64,000 nucleotides of DNA from Octopus vulgaris (lineage: Eukaryota), in the NCBI GenBank assembly GCA_951406725.2, contig OX597820.1:99448001-99512000 (forward strand), given 5' to 3'. The first letter of the stretch is position 1; every line of letters starts with the position of its first letter. The notes beneath the pieces were generated by a model. It was given only the letters and a program-made list of their open reading frames with translations, had not been told where the DNA came from and did not search any database. The translations under genes and the position numbers were made by a program. This document shows positions 38,628 through 51,395 of the stretch, piece after piece.

Positions 38628-39182
38628 GAGCAAAACGCCTCCCGTCCAATGGACGGTGCTGAGTTGTCAAACATTTAAACCAAATTTTTTCAAAACAACT
38701 TGTCCGACCGTCCCATAGGCCTCCCCTTTGAGAAACACTGATTTAACCTAAATTTGAGACACCAGCAAAAGAAATAAAGATAGACTTTCTTCTATTCCAA
38801 AGAAAAACGATTTTATTCACATAAAATATGCAACCGAAGAGTTTAAAGTACCAGTAATGACAAGGCTGTTCACTGGGAGAACACAAACACGGTTTAAATA
38901 GTAAGCTTGGCAGGAAAGAAACGTGCCTTTAAGCAGTACAAAAACAACAAAAAATGGAAGGTGCAGTTATGTACAGCTTGACGGAAGAAAAGCAAGACAA
39001 AAACGGCTTTATCGATTGCATTCTCCCCTGGAATCGATTTTTGCAATTTTTTCAAGACTTATACACGCCCTGATACCGTCGGTATCTACATATCAAATTT
39101 GAGCGCAATCAGATGGAGGATGCCCGAGATCTGAGAAGACAGACAGACAGACAGACAGACAGAACGGATTTTATATAAGAGA
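38627..39182 (-). mobile_element. Non-autonomous Helitron
   Basis: Minus strand a|TCTCTTATATAAAA...(CTGT)n ... CCGTCCattGGACGG hairpin ...GCTCG|t (CTCG instead of CTAG). Confidence 0.75.
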
Positions 39183-39494
39183 TATGTGTGTGTGTGTGTG
39201 TGTGTGTGTGTCCTACCATCGTTTGATAACCGGTGTTGGTGTGTTTACGTCTCTGTAACTTAGCGGTTCGGTAAAAGTGACCGATAATATAAGTGCCATG
39301 CTTAAATGAAATAAGTACTGGCGACTCGATTCATTTGACTAAAATTCATCAAGGTGGTGCTCCAGCATGGTCGCAGTGTAATGACTGAACAAGTAAAAGA
39401 TAAAAGATAAAATGCAGCATACATTCAGGTTTCCCTATTTGTAAACAGTGATATGATTTCCAGGAAATGTAACCGTTGTGAATATTGTAAAATC

Positions 39495-40314
39495 GGATCT
39501 TTTCCTTTTGAACGGCACTTTGTAACATAATTCCTAGGTAACTAAAAAGTTTTAAACTTCGTATACTGGTAGAATGTGTTTATAAAACATCATTTTCTCT
39601 TGGTTTTATTGAGAAAATTCTATGGTTTGTAAGATATTTCGTCTGAAATTTCGAGCATTTCGGCAATTTTAACCAATCGATTACCTCCATTGAGCTAAAA
39701 TCATTTGCTGCGTCTAAAACTGAGACATCCTGTCACTAACCCTAAACCTCACCCTAATCCTAATTTTTTTTTTCTTAATTGTTAAATTAATTTAATTGTT
39801 ACGCGTGTAAAAAAAACTAAAGCAATGGAAAATAATTTAAACAATTAACATATAAAATAATTCTATAATTTTATACACACGCTTTCCGTACGTATACGGA
39901 AAGCTTGTGTTACGGAAAGCTTGTGTTACGGAAAGCGTGTGTATAAAATTATAGAATTATTTTGTTTGTTAATTGTTTTAATTATTTTCCATTGCTTTCG
40001 TTTTTTTTTTACACGCGTAACAATTAAATTAATTTAACAATTAAGAAAAAAAAATTTAGGGTTAGGGTGGACGTTTAGGGTTTAGTGACAGGATGTTGTC
40101 TCAGTTTTAGACACAGCAAATGATTTTAGCTCAATTAGAGGCGATTCATTGGTTAAAATTCGAAAAATTAAATATACGTTAAACAAACGAATTGCAATTT
40201 TCTCAAGAAAGCCAAGAGAAAAAAATGTTTTATTTTGACACATTCTACCAGTATACGAAGTTTTAAAGTGTTTAGTTAACTAGAAATTGTGTGCCGTTCA
40301 AAAGGAAAAGATCC
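39495..40314. mobile_element. Merlin-like foldback element, inverted over nearly its whole length
   Basis: ggatcttttccttttgaacggcac termini; 8-bp TSD gtaaaatc/ataaaatc; about 400-bp arms containing (CCCTAA)-like repeats; central tacggaaagcttgtgt tandem; shares subterminal sequence with 37523-38410. Confidence 0.88.
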
Positions 40315-40509
40315 ATAAAATCATGTGTAAATAAATGATATCACCAAAAATCTATGATGCACTTGGTTGTATATAGGAAACGGAACGTAGCCAAATTCAA
40401 CCATACCAGACGTTCAACACACAGCTAACCAAATTACCTTCTACAAAATCATAGCTTGTTGTTTGAACGTCTAGATGTGACCCATAGATTCAGCGCTCCA
40501 GATATACTA

Positions 40510-40702
40510 CGAGGGGTTGCTGAAAAGTTCCTGACTTTAAGGTTGTCGCGAAAGGCCTGATTGGAGATCCAACGATCCGAGGTCTTTTACAAGGCTTAGA
40601 AAAACATGAAGGATCGCTGCAATAAGTGTGTGAATCTGTGCAGGGAATATGTTGAATAAAATCATAATTACCTAAAGCCAAGAACTTTTAAACACTTACT
40701 CG
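40510..40702 (+). mobile_element. Mariner deletion derivative (MITE)
   Basis: ta|cgaggggttgctgaaaagttcct ... agaacttttaaacacttactcg|ta; retains the transposase end NKCVNLCREYVE*. Confidence 0.8.
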
Positions 40703-41444
40703 TATATCTTTGCCTAGTAAGTGTGTATATTGTGCTTTCAGACATGCAGTGTGTATATTGTGTTTTCAGACATGCAGTGGTTTGTCGTAGGAAGTTTAGT
40801 CAGTTTATCTAGGTGTGATGCAACGGAAACAGACAGTTTTAATTTTCATTTAGTCAGAGTGCATTCATTGTTGCTGTTCGTCTATATTTATCATTGGTAG
40901 GTAGGTGCATACCAGTACAATGTTTTGCTTGTGTATATGTGTGTGTGTGTTTATGTTTTACTGATACTGTCAAAGTAGGAAGAATAGTATTTCTAGGATG
41001 GTGTTGTGGGACCGGTCCTGTGTGCAGTGTATTTGACTGGGTAATTTCGGTTAATTGTATACATGGCCAGAAATCATGGGAAGAAATTGTGCCCCAGCTT
41101 TTTACATATTCAAATAGCTCAGTCCTTTTATTTTTGCTTCAAAGCAAAACGGATCTGTGAGTAAACCGGTGATTACGCCATGTGCGTTGTTTTGTCTGTG
41201 TTATTTGTTGCTATTTATTGTGGAGAGATCGGAGTCGAGAAGGTCTTGCGTAATACAATGTTTGTGCATTAGTGTTCTTATTTCTTCGGACCCTAATTAT
41301 TATTTCTTTTAATGTTCACTACTTTAAATATGCTAGCAGTAACTTTTCTGTTGATGATATGTGGCCGAGAATACCCCAAGTGCAGGTTTATTATTATGAT
41401 ATGCCTTCTAATATATATATATATATAATTTTTTCCGGTGGTCG

Positions 41445-41505
41445 GATAACTGAAGAGATGGCGGCGTGGATTTCCACCTCGGCATCCGAAACTCGGATTT
41501 TTATC
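41445..41505 (+). ncRNA. Type-I hammerhead motif in a TA-flanked element (41428-41610)
   Basis: GAUAA CUGAAGA GAUG...GUGG auuu CCAC...CAUC C GAAA CUCGGA UU UUUAUC; stem III is damaged here but reads ACUCAGAGU in the 20626 copy. Confidence 0.65.
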
Positions 41506-41607
41506 ATGGCTACCGAATAATTGTCACATATTACATTTACAGATAAATTCCTCTATTTACATAATATCGAGGTCTCTTTCATTCTTTTGTTGTCTTACCA
41601 TTTTTAT

Positions 41608-41675
<68 letters not shown>

Positions 41676-41712
41676 ATTTTGCCGTGCAGTTCGACAAATT
41701 ATATTTTGATGT

Positions 41713-41788
41713 ACTCTACTGAAGATTCGAAAATACTTATGTAAGTAAAATTACATAATGTATTAACGATGAAACAATTGTATAGAGT
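41713..41788 (+). ncRNA. Type-I hammerhead motif in a TA-flanked element (41672-41948)
   Basis: ACUCUA CUGAAGA U UCG..aauac uuauguaa..uuacauaa uguauu..CGA U GAA ACAAUUGU A UAGAGU: perfect 6-bp stem I, palindromic stem III, GUA site; non-canonical U-U at the base of stem II. Confidence 0.75.
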
Positions 41789-41984
41789 TAATTTATTTTT
41801 TCGTTATTTTTCATTTGTCCTGCTCGCTTACGTTCTTGGTGTGTTGGATTATTTCTTGAGAACAATTCTTTGGTGGTGGATTCCCTTTGCGGATCTATAT
41901 CTAGCGTTAGAGCGTCCACATAGTGGATTCTCTCTCATAGTTTTGTATTATATATATATATATATACATACATACATATCATAC

Positions 41985-42036
<52 letters not shown>

Positions 42037-43211
42037 CATACATACATATATATATACATATAGTTACCTAGAAATTATGTTAAAAACTGCCGTTCAAACC
42101 GAAAAGATCCCAAATCGACCCCAGGACTTATTCTTTGTAAGCCTTGTACTTATTCTATCGGTCTCTTTCGCCGAACCGCTAAGTTACGGGGACGTAAACA
42201 CACCAGCATCGGTTGTCAAGCGATGTTGGGGGGAGACAAATACAGACACACAAACATATACACACACATACATATATATATATATACATATATACGACGG
42301 GCTTCTTTCAGTTTCCGTTTATCAAATCCACTCACAAGGCTTTGGTCGGCCCTAGGCTATAGTAGAAGACACTTGCCCAAGGTGCCACGCAGTGGGACTG
42401 AATCCGGAACCATGTGATTGGTAAGCAAGCTACTTACCACACAGCCACTCTTACGCCTATAACGGTAATTTGGCCAGTATAGAGCTTAGTGATATTTTAT
42501 CCGTCTTTACATTCTGAGTTCAAATTCTACCAAGGATAACTTTGCCTCTCATCCTCTCAGGGTTGAAAAAAACAAAAACAGAAAAAATACAGCAGAAAAC
42601 TGGGGTCGATGAAATCGACTTACCCATCCCCTCAAATTGTTGGTATTTGCCAAAATTTGAAATCATCATTATTATTATTTATTTATGAGGGTCATGTGAG
42701 GTGGTAAGAGTGTTGCACTCACGATCGCTAACGTATATGCTAGTGTGTGTCCCCCACAAAAGTCCAACAACCTGCGTTGGTTTGTTTATACCCATATGAA
42801 TTAGCCGATGAATAAAAAAAATAAATAAAAAAGAGACCGACAGAATAAGTTCCAGGCTTTACAAAATAAATAAATAGAAAAAAATAAATGAATAAATAAG
42901 TAAATAAATATGTACTGAGGTCGATCCGTTCGGCTAAAAAGAAAAGCCTTCAAGGCGGTGCCTCAACTTGGCCGCAATCCAGTGATTGAAAAAGATAAAA
43001 GATTATTGCTGTTGCTAGTGTTCTTGTTATATTTTGTTGTTGACGCTGCGAAATTACTTTTTGGATGCTACTAATTTTTAGACCTCTTATAGTTAACTGT
43101 AAAAGGCGCCTGGTTTAGTGGTTTGGGTTATTCGGCTCAAGATTGTGCCCTTCAGCTAGACACTTAATTTCATATTACTCCAGTCCACTCAGCTGGCAAA
43201 AATGAGTAGTA

Positions 43212-43730
43212 CCGTAAATCCTCGAGTATAGTCCACCCTTGAGTATAATACACAGGGGATTTTTAGGGGGCTGTACCTCTGAAAAACCTAAACCTTGTGT
43301 ATAATACGCACCCCTTCTCTAACTTGAGTCGTGCGTAATTAAGCCAGTAGCACCTAGTCGAACAAACACTTCGACGCATGCGTAATACAATAATGGTGAT
43401 GTTCTTAACTGTTATATGGGAATGTAAATGTTTGCAAATTGTTTTTGTTACATGTTATTCTGTGTTCTGAATACTTTTATTTTAATAAATGTTGCTTACT
43501 GCATGTTGTGGATGATTCTTTTATGACTTCATTGCTTTCAGGCTTAGCTTAAGGTATTTTCGCGCCCGACATCACAAAATGCGTCTGAATAAACATTGCC
43601 GGACAGCAAATAGAGACTCAGACATTGCTTAGAAATCATTTTCATTTTTAACCTCGTATATAATACGCACTAGGGATTTTGACCTTCAAATTTTGGGAAA
43701 AAAATACGGATTATACTCGAGGATTTACGT
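43212..43730. mobile_element. pogo/Tigger-like non-autonomous transposon inserted in a SINE
   Basis: ta|ccgtaaatcctcgagtatagtcc ... ggattatactcgaggatttacgt|ta; subterminal tataatacgcac repeats. Confidence 0.85.
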
Positions 43731-44043
43731 TATATGTATTTCAAAGAGTCAGCCTAGTCACATTCTGGGTCACTTTGGATATCCCTGAGGACCACATTAG
43801 GGGTACGTGGTGTCTGTTGGAGAGCCCAGCTGCATACTCTTTTACTCTTTTACTTGTTTCAGTCATTTGACTGTGACCATGCTGGAGCACCGCCTTTTAG
43901 ACGAGCAAATCGCCCCCAGGACTTATTCTATCGGTCTCTTTCGATGAACCGCTAAGTTACGGGGATGTAAACACACCAGCATCGGTTGTCAAGCGATGTT
44001 GGGGTGACAAACACAGACACACAAACATATACACACACATACA

Positions 44044-44045
<2 letters not shown>

Positions 44046-44097
<52 letters not shown>

Positions 44098-44176
44098 AAT
44101 CCAAACGGGAAAACAAAAAAACAACAACAATGGAACAATTACAGTATTATTATTAATAGGCGCTCAGGAAATGGAA

Positions 44177-44217
<41 letters not shown>

Positions 44218-44238
44218 CACATATATATATATAGATAT

Positions 44239-44285
<47 letters not shown>

Positions 44286-44316
44286 CATATATATATACAT
44301 ATATACATATATATAC

Positions 44317-44349
<33 letters not shown>

Positions 44350-44390
44350 CATACATATATATATACATATATACATATATATACATATAT

Positions 44391-44479
<89 letters not shown>

Positions 44480-44484
44480 TAATA

Positions 44485-44525
<41 letters not shown>
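44046..44525 (+). repeat. (TA)n/(TACA)n/(CA)n tract with an 80-bp fragment of the 13259 family (44097-44178)
   Basis: Direct reading; ttaatcca...acaacaac...tggaacaa...cgctcaggaa matches 13260-13339. Confidence 0.85.
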
Positions 44526-44526
<1 letters not shown>

Positions 44527-44667
44527 CTCCTTTACTCTTTTACTTGTTTCAGTCATTTGACTGCGGCCATGCTGGAGCACCACCTTTAGTCGAGCAAATC
44601 GACCCCGGGACTTATTCTTTGTAAGCCCAGTACTTATTCTATCGGTCTCTTTTTGCCAAACCGCTAA

Positions 44668-44707
<40 letters not shown>

Positions 44708-45300
44708 ATATATATACATATATACGACGGGTTTCTTTCAGCTTTCGTCTACCAAATCCACTCACAAGGCTATAGTAGGAGACACTTGCCCAAGGTGCCA
44801 CGCAGTGGGTCTGAACCAGGAACCATGTGGTTGGTAAGCAAGCTACGTACCACACAGAATTCGTTAATTTCACGAGCAGGCTGTTCCGTTCATCGAATAA
44901 ACTAGAACAGTCGTCGTCGTGAGTGGTGGAGAGCCAGTTTTCATAGTATTGCCGACGCTGGATTACACACTTTTATTTTTCTAACGCAAGTTTATTTCGT
45001 TTAATTTAGGGCTTATTCCGAGGCAGCGACCATGACCTTTTGCAAGGGGGAAAGGGGATATCCAAAAAAAAAAAAAGGTATGACTCATACGTTGTTGGCA
45101 ATAGAAAACAACGTACCACGTGAGATTTGCACTATTATATTGTCATCATTATAGCAAGGAAGATGTGGTAAGTTATGTACTTTTTGCCCAGTGGCAGCTT
45201 GTATTTTTAATTCGTGTGAGCGGAGCTTAAGAAAAGAAAATGAGAATTATGTTAATGTTATGTAACATTTCCACAGAAATACAGGCTATGTATGCATGCA

Positions 45301-45342
<42 letters not shown>

Positions 45343-45482
45343 TTCTGTGTTTCTGTCTGTCTGTATGTATATATGTAAGTATGCATGTGAGTGTATGTAT
45401 GTGTGTATGTATGCATGTATATAATGAATGTATGTGTATGAGTACATGCACACACACATACACACACACGCACACACACATG

Positions 45483-45525
<43 letters not shown>

Positions 45526-46024
45526 AGGGGAAGAGAGAGAGTGAGTGAGAGAGAGAGAGGGAGAGAGAGAGTGAGTGAGAGAGAGAGAGTGTGTGTTTCT
45601 TTATTCACCATAAGGTTGAGAAAAAGAGGGGACAATACGGGGACAGACAAAACAAACGTTGGGGTCGAGATGGCAGAAACGTTAGCACGCCGGGCGAAAT
45701 GCGTAGCTGTATTTCATCTGTCGTTACGTTGTGAGTTCAAATTCCGCCGAGGTCGACTTTGCCTTTCATCCTTTCGGAGTCGATAAATTAAGTACCAGTT
45801 ATGCACTGGGGTCGATGTAATCGACTTAATACCTATGTCTGGGTAATAAAGAAATAGGTATCGAATGAGAGAGGGGGGAAAAACATGTTATACATTAATG
45901 TTTTGTTTTCAATGTCAAGTAGTGCAGTCCGATGAATGTAGCAGGCCCCGGCACCCACCGTAGGTAAGTGCTTTCTCCTATAGTCACGGCCAACTAAAGC
46001 ATTGTGCGTGAATTTGGTAGACGG

Positions 46025-46087
<63 letters not shown>

Positions 46088-46487
46088 AAATACAAAATGG
46101 GACAAGAACGCAAAACATCCGAATATCCATTACGGCCGATCCTACGAATCGGTTTCGCGCGCTTGGAGTTCAATAGTCACCTGGCTATGGAAACAGACAA
46201 GTGTGACTTCAGGTATGCTAAAACTCCCGAATGACTAAAAGTTTAAACTTTAAAGATCTACAACTGTAGCATGATACTAATGGCAAAACACTTTTGGCAG
46301 AAACAACACAAAGGCTAGGTATATTTAATTCAATATAATTTAGACAAGTCGGATATAGATTTAGGAACTCTACTGTTCCAAACCAACTGTAAAAAGCTAA
46401 TGACAAAATGGGAAAAACCTAAACTAAAAAGATAAAACTCGAACATAGTCGTATAGCTGCTTCCAATATAAACGAATGTACATAATG

Positions 46488-47968
46488 CGAGGTGTATTTG
46501 AGGACACTTAATTATGAGTACATTATTCTTTTCTGAACAAGTGAAAAGCTTTTATTGCTTTCGGATCCCTCCATGATAGTTAAAATTCTAACACAAGAAA
46601 TAAAAAGACAAGCAGTCATTGTTGCCAAACGTTCGGAAGACAGCGATGTAGAAATTTAGAAATTGCCAACTTTCTGAATGTCGCAAGGTCTTTTGTACAC
46701 AAAGTTCGGATGGAATGCCTCAGCTGTATCAAAGATAAAAACATTCTAAACGTTCAGCCAGCTTCAACGAGTTCAAAACCTTTTCGATGATCATCCCAGA
46801 AAATCAATGAGGGTTATCGCCAAAGAACTTCAGGTGTACGAGGACATTCGATGTAAGTCGTATGTAGTGAGGAGAAGTAAATCCAAGTCTGTAAAGACAT
46901 AGGAAAAACCATCTGATCCGCGTCAAGCGGTCACTTAAGAAGGTTAAAATTCCACTACGGAGGGGGCATGCTTTCGTTCAACTTTATGAGAAAACTAGCA
47001 GTATCACCCGGCGTTGCTCGGGTTTGTAAGGGAAATGACTATATAAGCATTTTTAGAGAGTTACTTCCCTTATATAAACCAAGCAAAAAAATGATGGTAA
47101 TTTTTTTTTAAATCGTAGACTCATCGTAGACGCGCGCTAATACCTAGAAGGGTTCGATATGAATCACGACTATAAGATACCCGCTTTTGGTTAAACTGCA
47201 CCGCAAAATGTGGGAGTAGTTAGGAATCAAAATCGGAGGAGACAGACTCTCACACAACTTCAGTTTTATATATAAAGATATTCGACCAAGACTAAAATTC
47301 TAACTAGAGAAATGACCACTGGTTACGTGCAAATCATTCTGTTATTCCCAGAGTGATGCACACGAAGTTTCCAGCATCTGTGATGGTTTTAGGAGTGGTG
47401 AATAATGAAGGTCATGTCATGCTACCTTATATCTTTCCACAAGGTCTTAGAATTAATACTACTGGATACGCTGAGTACCGAAGACAGTTGTTAAGCTCTG
47501 GATAGATGAAGCACGCAGTGGATGGCCATATATGATTCAACAAGGCTCTGTACCTTCTCATAAAGCCCACGTAACCCAAGAATGAAAATGAGACAGTATT
47601 AACAATTATGTAGTACCAAACTTGTGGCTTCCAAACTTGCCAGAGTTAAATCCCATAGACTATAACGTTTGGAATGTTGGTCAAAGGAGGACTAATCGAC
47701 ATCCTCACAATACTATAATTTTATTGACGGCTACCACTGTCCAGTCCATGTTATGTCCGAAATAAATAAGGATCATTTAATGTAGGTATGTAAATGATTT
47801 CGGTTCCGTATTGAAACAGTCATCGAAGCAGAAGGCGGATTCATAGAATAATCTTATAAGAAACTTATCCAAATCATGTGCATAATTGATTGTTTAAAAT
47901 ATATTTGGCTTTTATTTCATTAGAGTTGCTTTATTTAATTTCCATATATGTTCTCAAATAGCTCTCGC
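46488..47968 (+). pseudogene. Degenerate DD37D (maT) Tc1/mariner transposon
   Basis: Remnant frames ANFLNVARSFVHKVR, PRKSMRVIAKELQV, TKFPASVMVLGVV, QQ(G)SVPSH-37 residues-D in WLPNLPELNPIDY, and VIEAEGGFIE*; imperfect TIRs cgaggtgtatttgaggaca / tgttctcaaatagctctcg. Confidence 0.9.
46995..47278 (-). mobile_element. Non-autonomous Helitron inserted in the maT transposase
   Basis: a|TCTTTATATATAAAA ... CCCGAGCAACGCCGGG hairpin ... CTAG|t; removing it restores EKIFDQ. Confidence 0.92.
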
Positions 47969-48200
47969 ATCCTCTCTATGTGTATATGTATGTGTGTGTG
48001 TGTATGTATGTATGTATAAGTGTGTGTATACATACTGTCTACGTCCTTCCCTCCTCTCTTACCCTCCCGCCCCCTTCTCTCTATATATACACACATATAT
48101 ATTCATCCATCCATCCATCCATCCATCCATCCATCCACAATACATACATATATAAATACAAACATATATATATGTATATATATATATATATATATATACA

Positions 48201-48935
48201 TTAGCAGAGATACCCGGCATTGCTCTGGTTTAAGATGGCATAGTTTGTATATAATATATTACAGTTATGTTGAAACATGTGATACGGGAAATTGCAGCAT
48301 TGACGACAAAACATTTGTGGTGTAGATGATAGGCTAATTCGACTAAGCAACATGTCATGCATCCGTTTGGAAGATTCCAGGCCCTATCCTGTCATGGAAA
48401 ATTGGGGGTATGTGATTTTTTAACGTACCGAAATGCTGTCAGCGGATATACTCTCCTATGCGGCTATCGGTGCTGTGTCTAACACGACCCATCGTATGAT
48501 TGACAGTCGAATGAATGTAGATGTAATGGAGATACTGTACGTGAATGAGTACATTCCGGAAAGGGGCTGCAATGGGAGACAGCAACGGGGAAGTGAACTG
48601 TTGAAATGCTGCAGAAGGCGAAGGGTTGACATTGTATTGCTGGTGTGGCTGTAGAATAAGAAACATAAACTGAACCTATGCAGGCACATGAGAATTTGTA
48701 GTAATGAATTACTTGAAAAGATAAGGCGTAATGGCTTAACCCAGAGAAGGCTGTTTTCTGCTCCCAGAGGCCCCATTACTCATTATGTGAAAAAATTTAA
48801 GAGTCTGAAGCCATCACCGGAATATAAGTAATGTATGTTCCCAGTTTTGAGAAAATCAGTTGTGAACTTCAGAAGTTATGTGGGTTTCTACACACACACA
48901 CAACCTCAGTTATATATATATATATATATATATAC
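48201..48935 (-). mobile_element. Older non-autonomous Helitron
   Basis: 3' end ccagagcaatgccgggtatctctgctaa; 5' end tatataactgaggttgtgtgtg like the other Helitrons. Confidence 0.6.
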
Positions 48936-48940
48936 ATATA

Positions 48941-50504
48941 CTAGCATTAAAGACCCGTCGTTGCCGGGTCATAGTGCTAGTGCATGTATATATGTGTATA
49001 TATATATGTGTACATATTACATGTACATCTATATATATACATCTACTCATAAAATACAAAATACAAAGTTATATCTTGATATCGCTAGTGATAACAATAC
49101 TCAAAATATATAAAAGACTGGAATTGTTAGCCCGTCTCTTGTAATTTCGATCAATTGTATCTTGTCCTCCCTCTTGTATAGAAGTGTAGCTACAATCCAG
49201 CCTACCTCTACTTCAGGGGGTGGGGGCATTTTAAACTTATCCGGGACGTTCTTCGCCCCAGATATAAAGGTAAAAATAAAATATTTCCACTTTGCAAGGT
49301 TCGAGTCAAGTACTCCCTTGCATGCTCCGTTGACTCGAACCTTGCTTCTATTGTGGCGAATTTACCGCCTCACGTTAGATACTTGATATCTTTCATAGTC
49401 GCACCAAGACACTTTTCAATGGTGCTTTCCTCCAGGTGTTCAAATTGTTTTTTTTTTCTCTACATTATATACTTTATAGGCAATAGTCTTTTCTTTAATT
49501 TTATTTTTTATTTCGTTTGGTGGTGTTATCCTAGATTCACCGTCTTTGTCGGTGATCAATCCGAGATAGGTTTGTATTTCTTCCATTTTAATTTTAATGA
49601 GTTCGCCGCCCGCCGACGGCTGCAGCGAAATTCATTTTTGGACTTTCTTCTATCAAAGGCATTCTAACAAAAATGCTTCCGTGTAAACGGTGAAAATATT
49701 GTCAATTTCCCCAAACAGGGACGCAATTCAATTTTTAAACAATAACCAAAGCTCCTTCTCCCAAAGGGAGAGGGTTACGGTTTACAATTATTTAACAAAT
49801 GCAACACAACAACGCTTCCCTTACGAGGAACCAACAATCGCGATAACAATAGTTAAACAGAAATAATAATAACAACAAACCTTACGGTAAACAAAAAAGC
49901 AGTACTCTGTTGAAGCTATAGGCCTTTATGGATCAGAAATAAACCAACAGCGGAACTCAGTAGAAACATCTTTCATACAGCCAAACTTCATATAGATACT
50001 TAATGCTAGCTAATTTGCAAATAATCTAATGTAAAAGCCGTGCACGCCTCCATCTGGACTATTCCATTTCTGCACTTAGATTTTATTTTTTATTTATTCC
50101 CATTCATGTGAAACTACAGATTCAAGTTCAAGTCATTGATGTAATGTTACGATTTAATTATTATATCATACTTTAGTTTGATTTTAATTATTACTTACTA
50201 CATATAATTCAATTGTTATTATTATCTCTAATTTTTATTGCTAAAGTGAAAGTATCTGACATAAAATAGAGAGATGTTTTTATTTCACTTTTAACACGTA
50301 ATACTGAAATAGTGGAGAAGATATGATATCGCTATGGGCTCACCCTAGGCAAGCGGTTGAACATGTTTTTGCCCATGAAACTACATGGACCCTAAGTAAG
50401 GCATGTGTAAAATTTGAATGAAATTGGTTGTGTAGTTCTCAAGTTTTAGGGAAACACACAGACAGACAGACAGACACTCATTCTCAGTTTTATATATATA
50501 TAGA
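48941..50504 (-). mobile_element. Non-autonomous Helitron (1.56 kb)
   Basis: a|TCTATATATATATAAAACTGAG...(CTGT)n ... GACCCGgcaacgaCGGGTC hairpin ... CTAG|t. Confidence 0.85.
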
Positions 50505-50550
50505 TATGTATGTAAGTATATATATATATAGAGAAAGATATGTATCTCTA

Positions 50551-51350
50551 TCTCTATATATATAACAGGCAGTTTGTCTGTCTGTGTGTCTGTCAGGTTG
50601 TACCCTCACCCTGACCACGGCTTTCAACCGATTCTGATGAAACTTGACACACACATAGCCCAATGTCATAATTCAAAACTAACGCAGCGAAAATTTTGAA
50701 AAGTTCCCCCAGTTCTAAAAAAAATCGATAAATTCGACATGGGGTCGAGAATCTAAGCTTATCAAATGCAACACATTTTCCGTTGTAGTTTTCGCAACTT
50801 GCAATTGATTTTCACCAAACTCATGGTGAAGCTTAATGTTACCCTAAGGAACTTAATTCTGACGTTAGTTTTCCATGCGATACCTTACCATCAGAAAAAA
50901 TCAATAAAATCATGCTATTTTGGGAAATCGCGTTCAAATGCAAGATGATATAGTTTCGACAATATCTTTAACAAATTGGCAGGAATTTTTTTTGAAATTC
51001 ACAGCGAGCATCATGTCTGCTCCAAGGAGCTATATGGCCCTTTTGATTCCAATAGGATACGTTATTACTGGAAAAAATCGGTTAATTACATATGTGGCAC
51101 ACATAGCAAACCGATTTTTCTGCGATATTTTTTGAAAGTTCACATAGATTTTCCCTACACCGATGTTGGACATTAAATGTCAAACTAACGACCTTTTGTC
51201 AATGCAGTTAACAAGTATTGGGAGAAATCGACAAAACCATATCACTTTGAGACCGACCATGATTTTACAAAATAACGGTAAAAAGGTAAAGGGTATTGCT
51301 TATTGACAAAGTTTCTTACATACCCGAGCAATACCGGGCTATGCTGCTAG
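50551..51350 (+). mobile_element. Non-autonomous Helitron
   Basis: a|TCTCTATATATATAA...gtctgtctg ... cccgagcaataccgggctatgctgCTAG|t. Confidence 0.9.
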
Positions 51351-51355
51351 TGTAA

Positions 51356-51395
<40 letters not shown>

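Larger units (their letters stand above)
37272..39411 (+). mobile_element. Family A SINE expanded by three nested insertions
   Basis: Head 37272-37425, tail about 39185-39411, with a hammerhead element, a Merlin-like element and a Helitron in between. Confidence 0.65.

Noticed and set aside
50633-50643. ctgatgaaac as a hammerhead
   Set aside because: No stem II between CUGAUGA and GAAA; it is part of the common Helitron subterminal motif ccgattctgatgaaactt.
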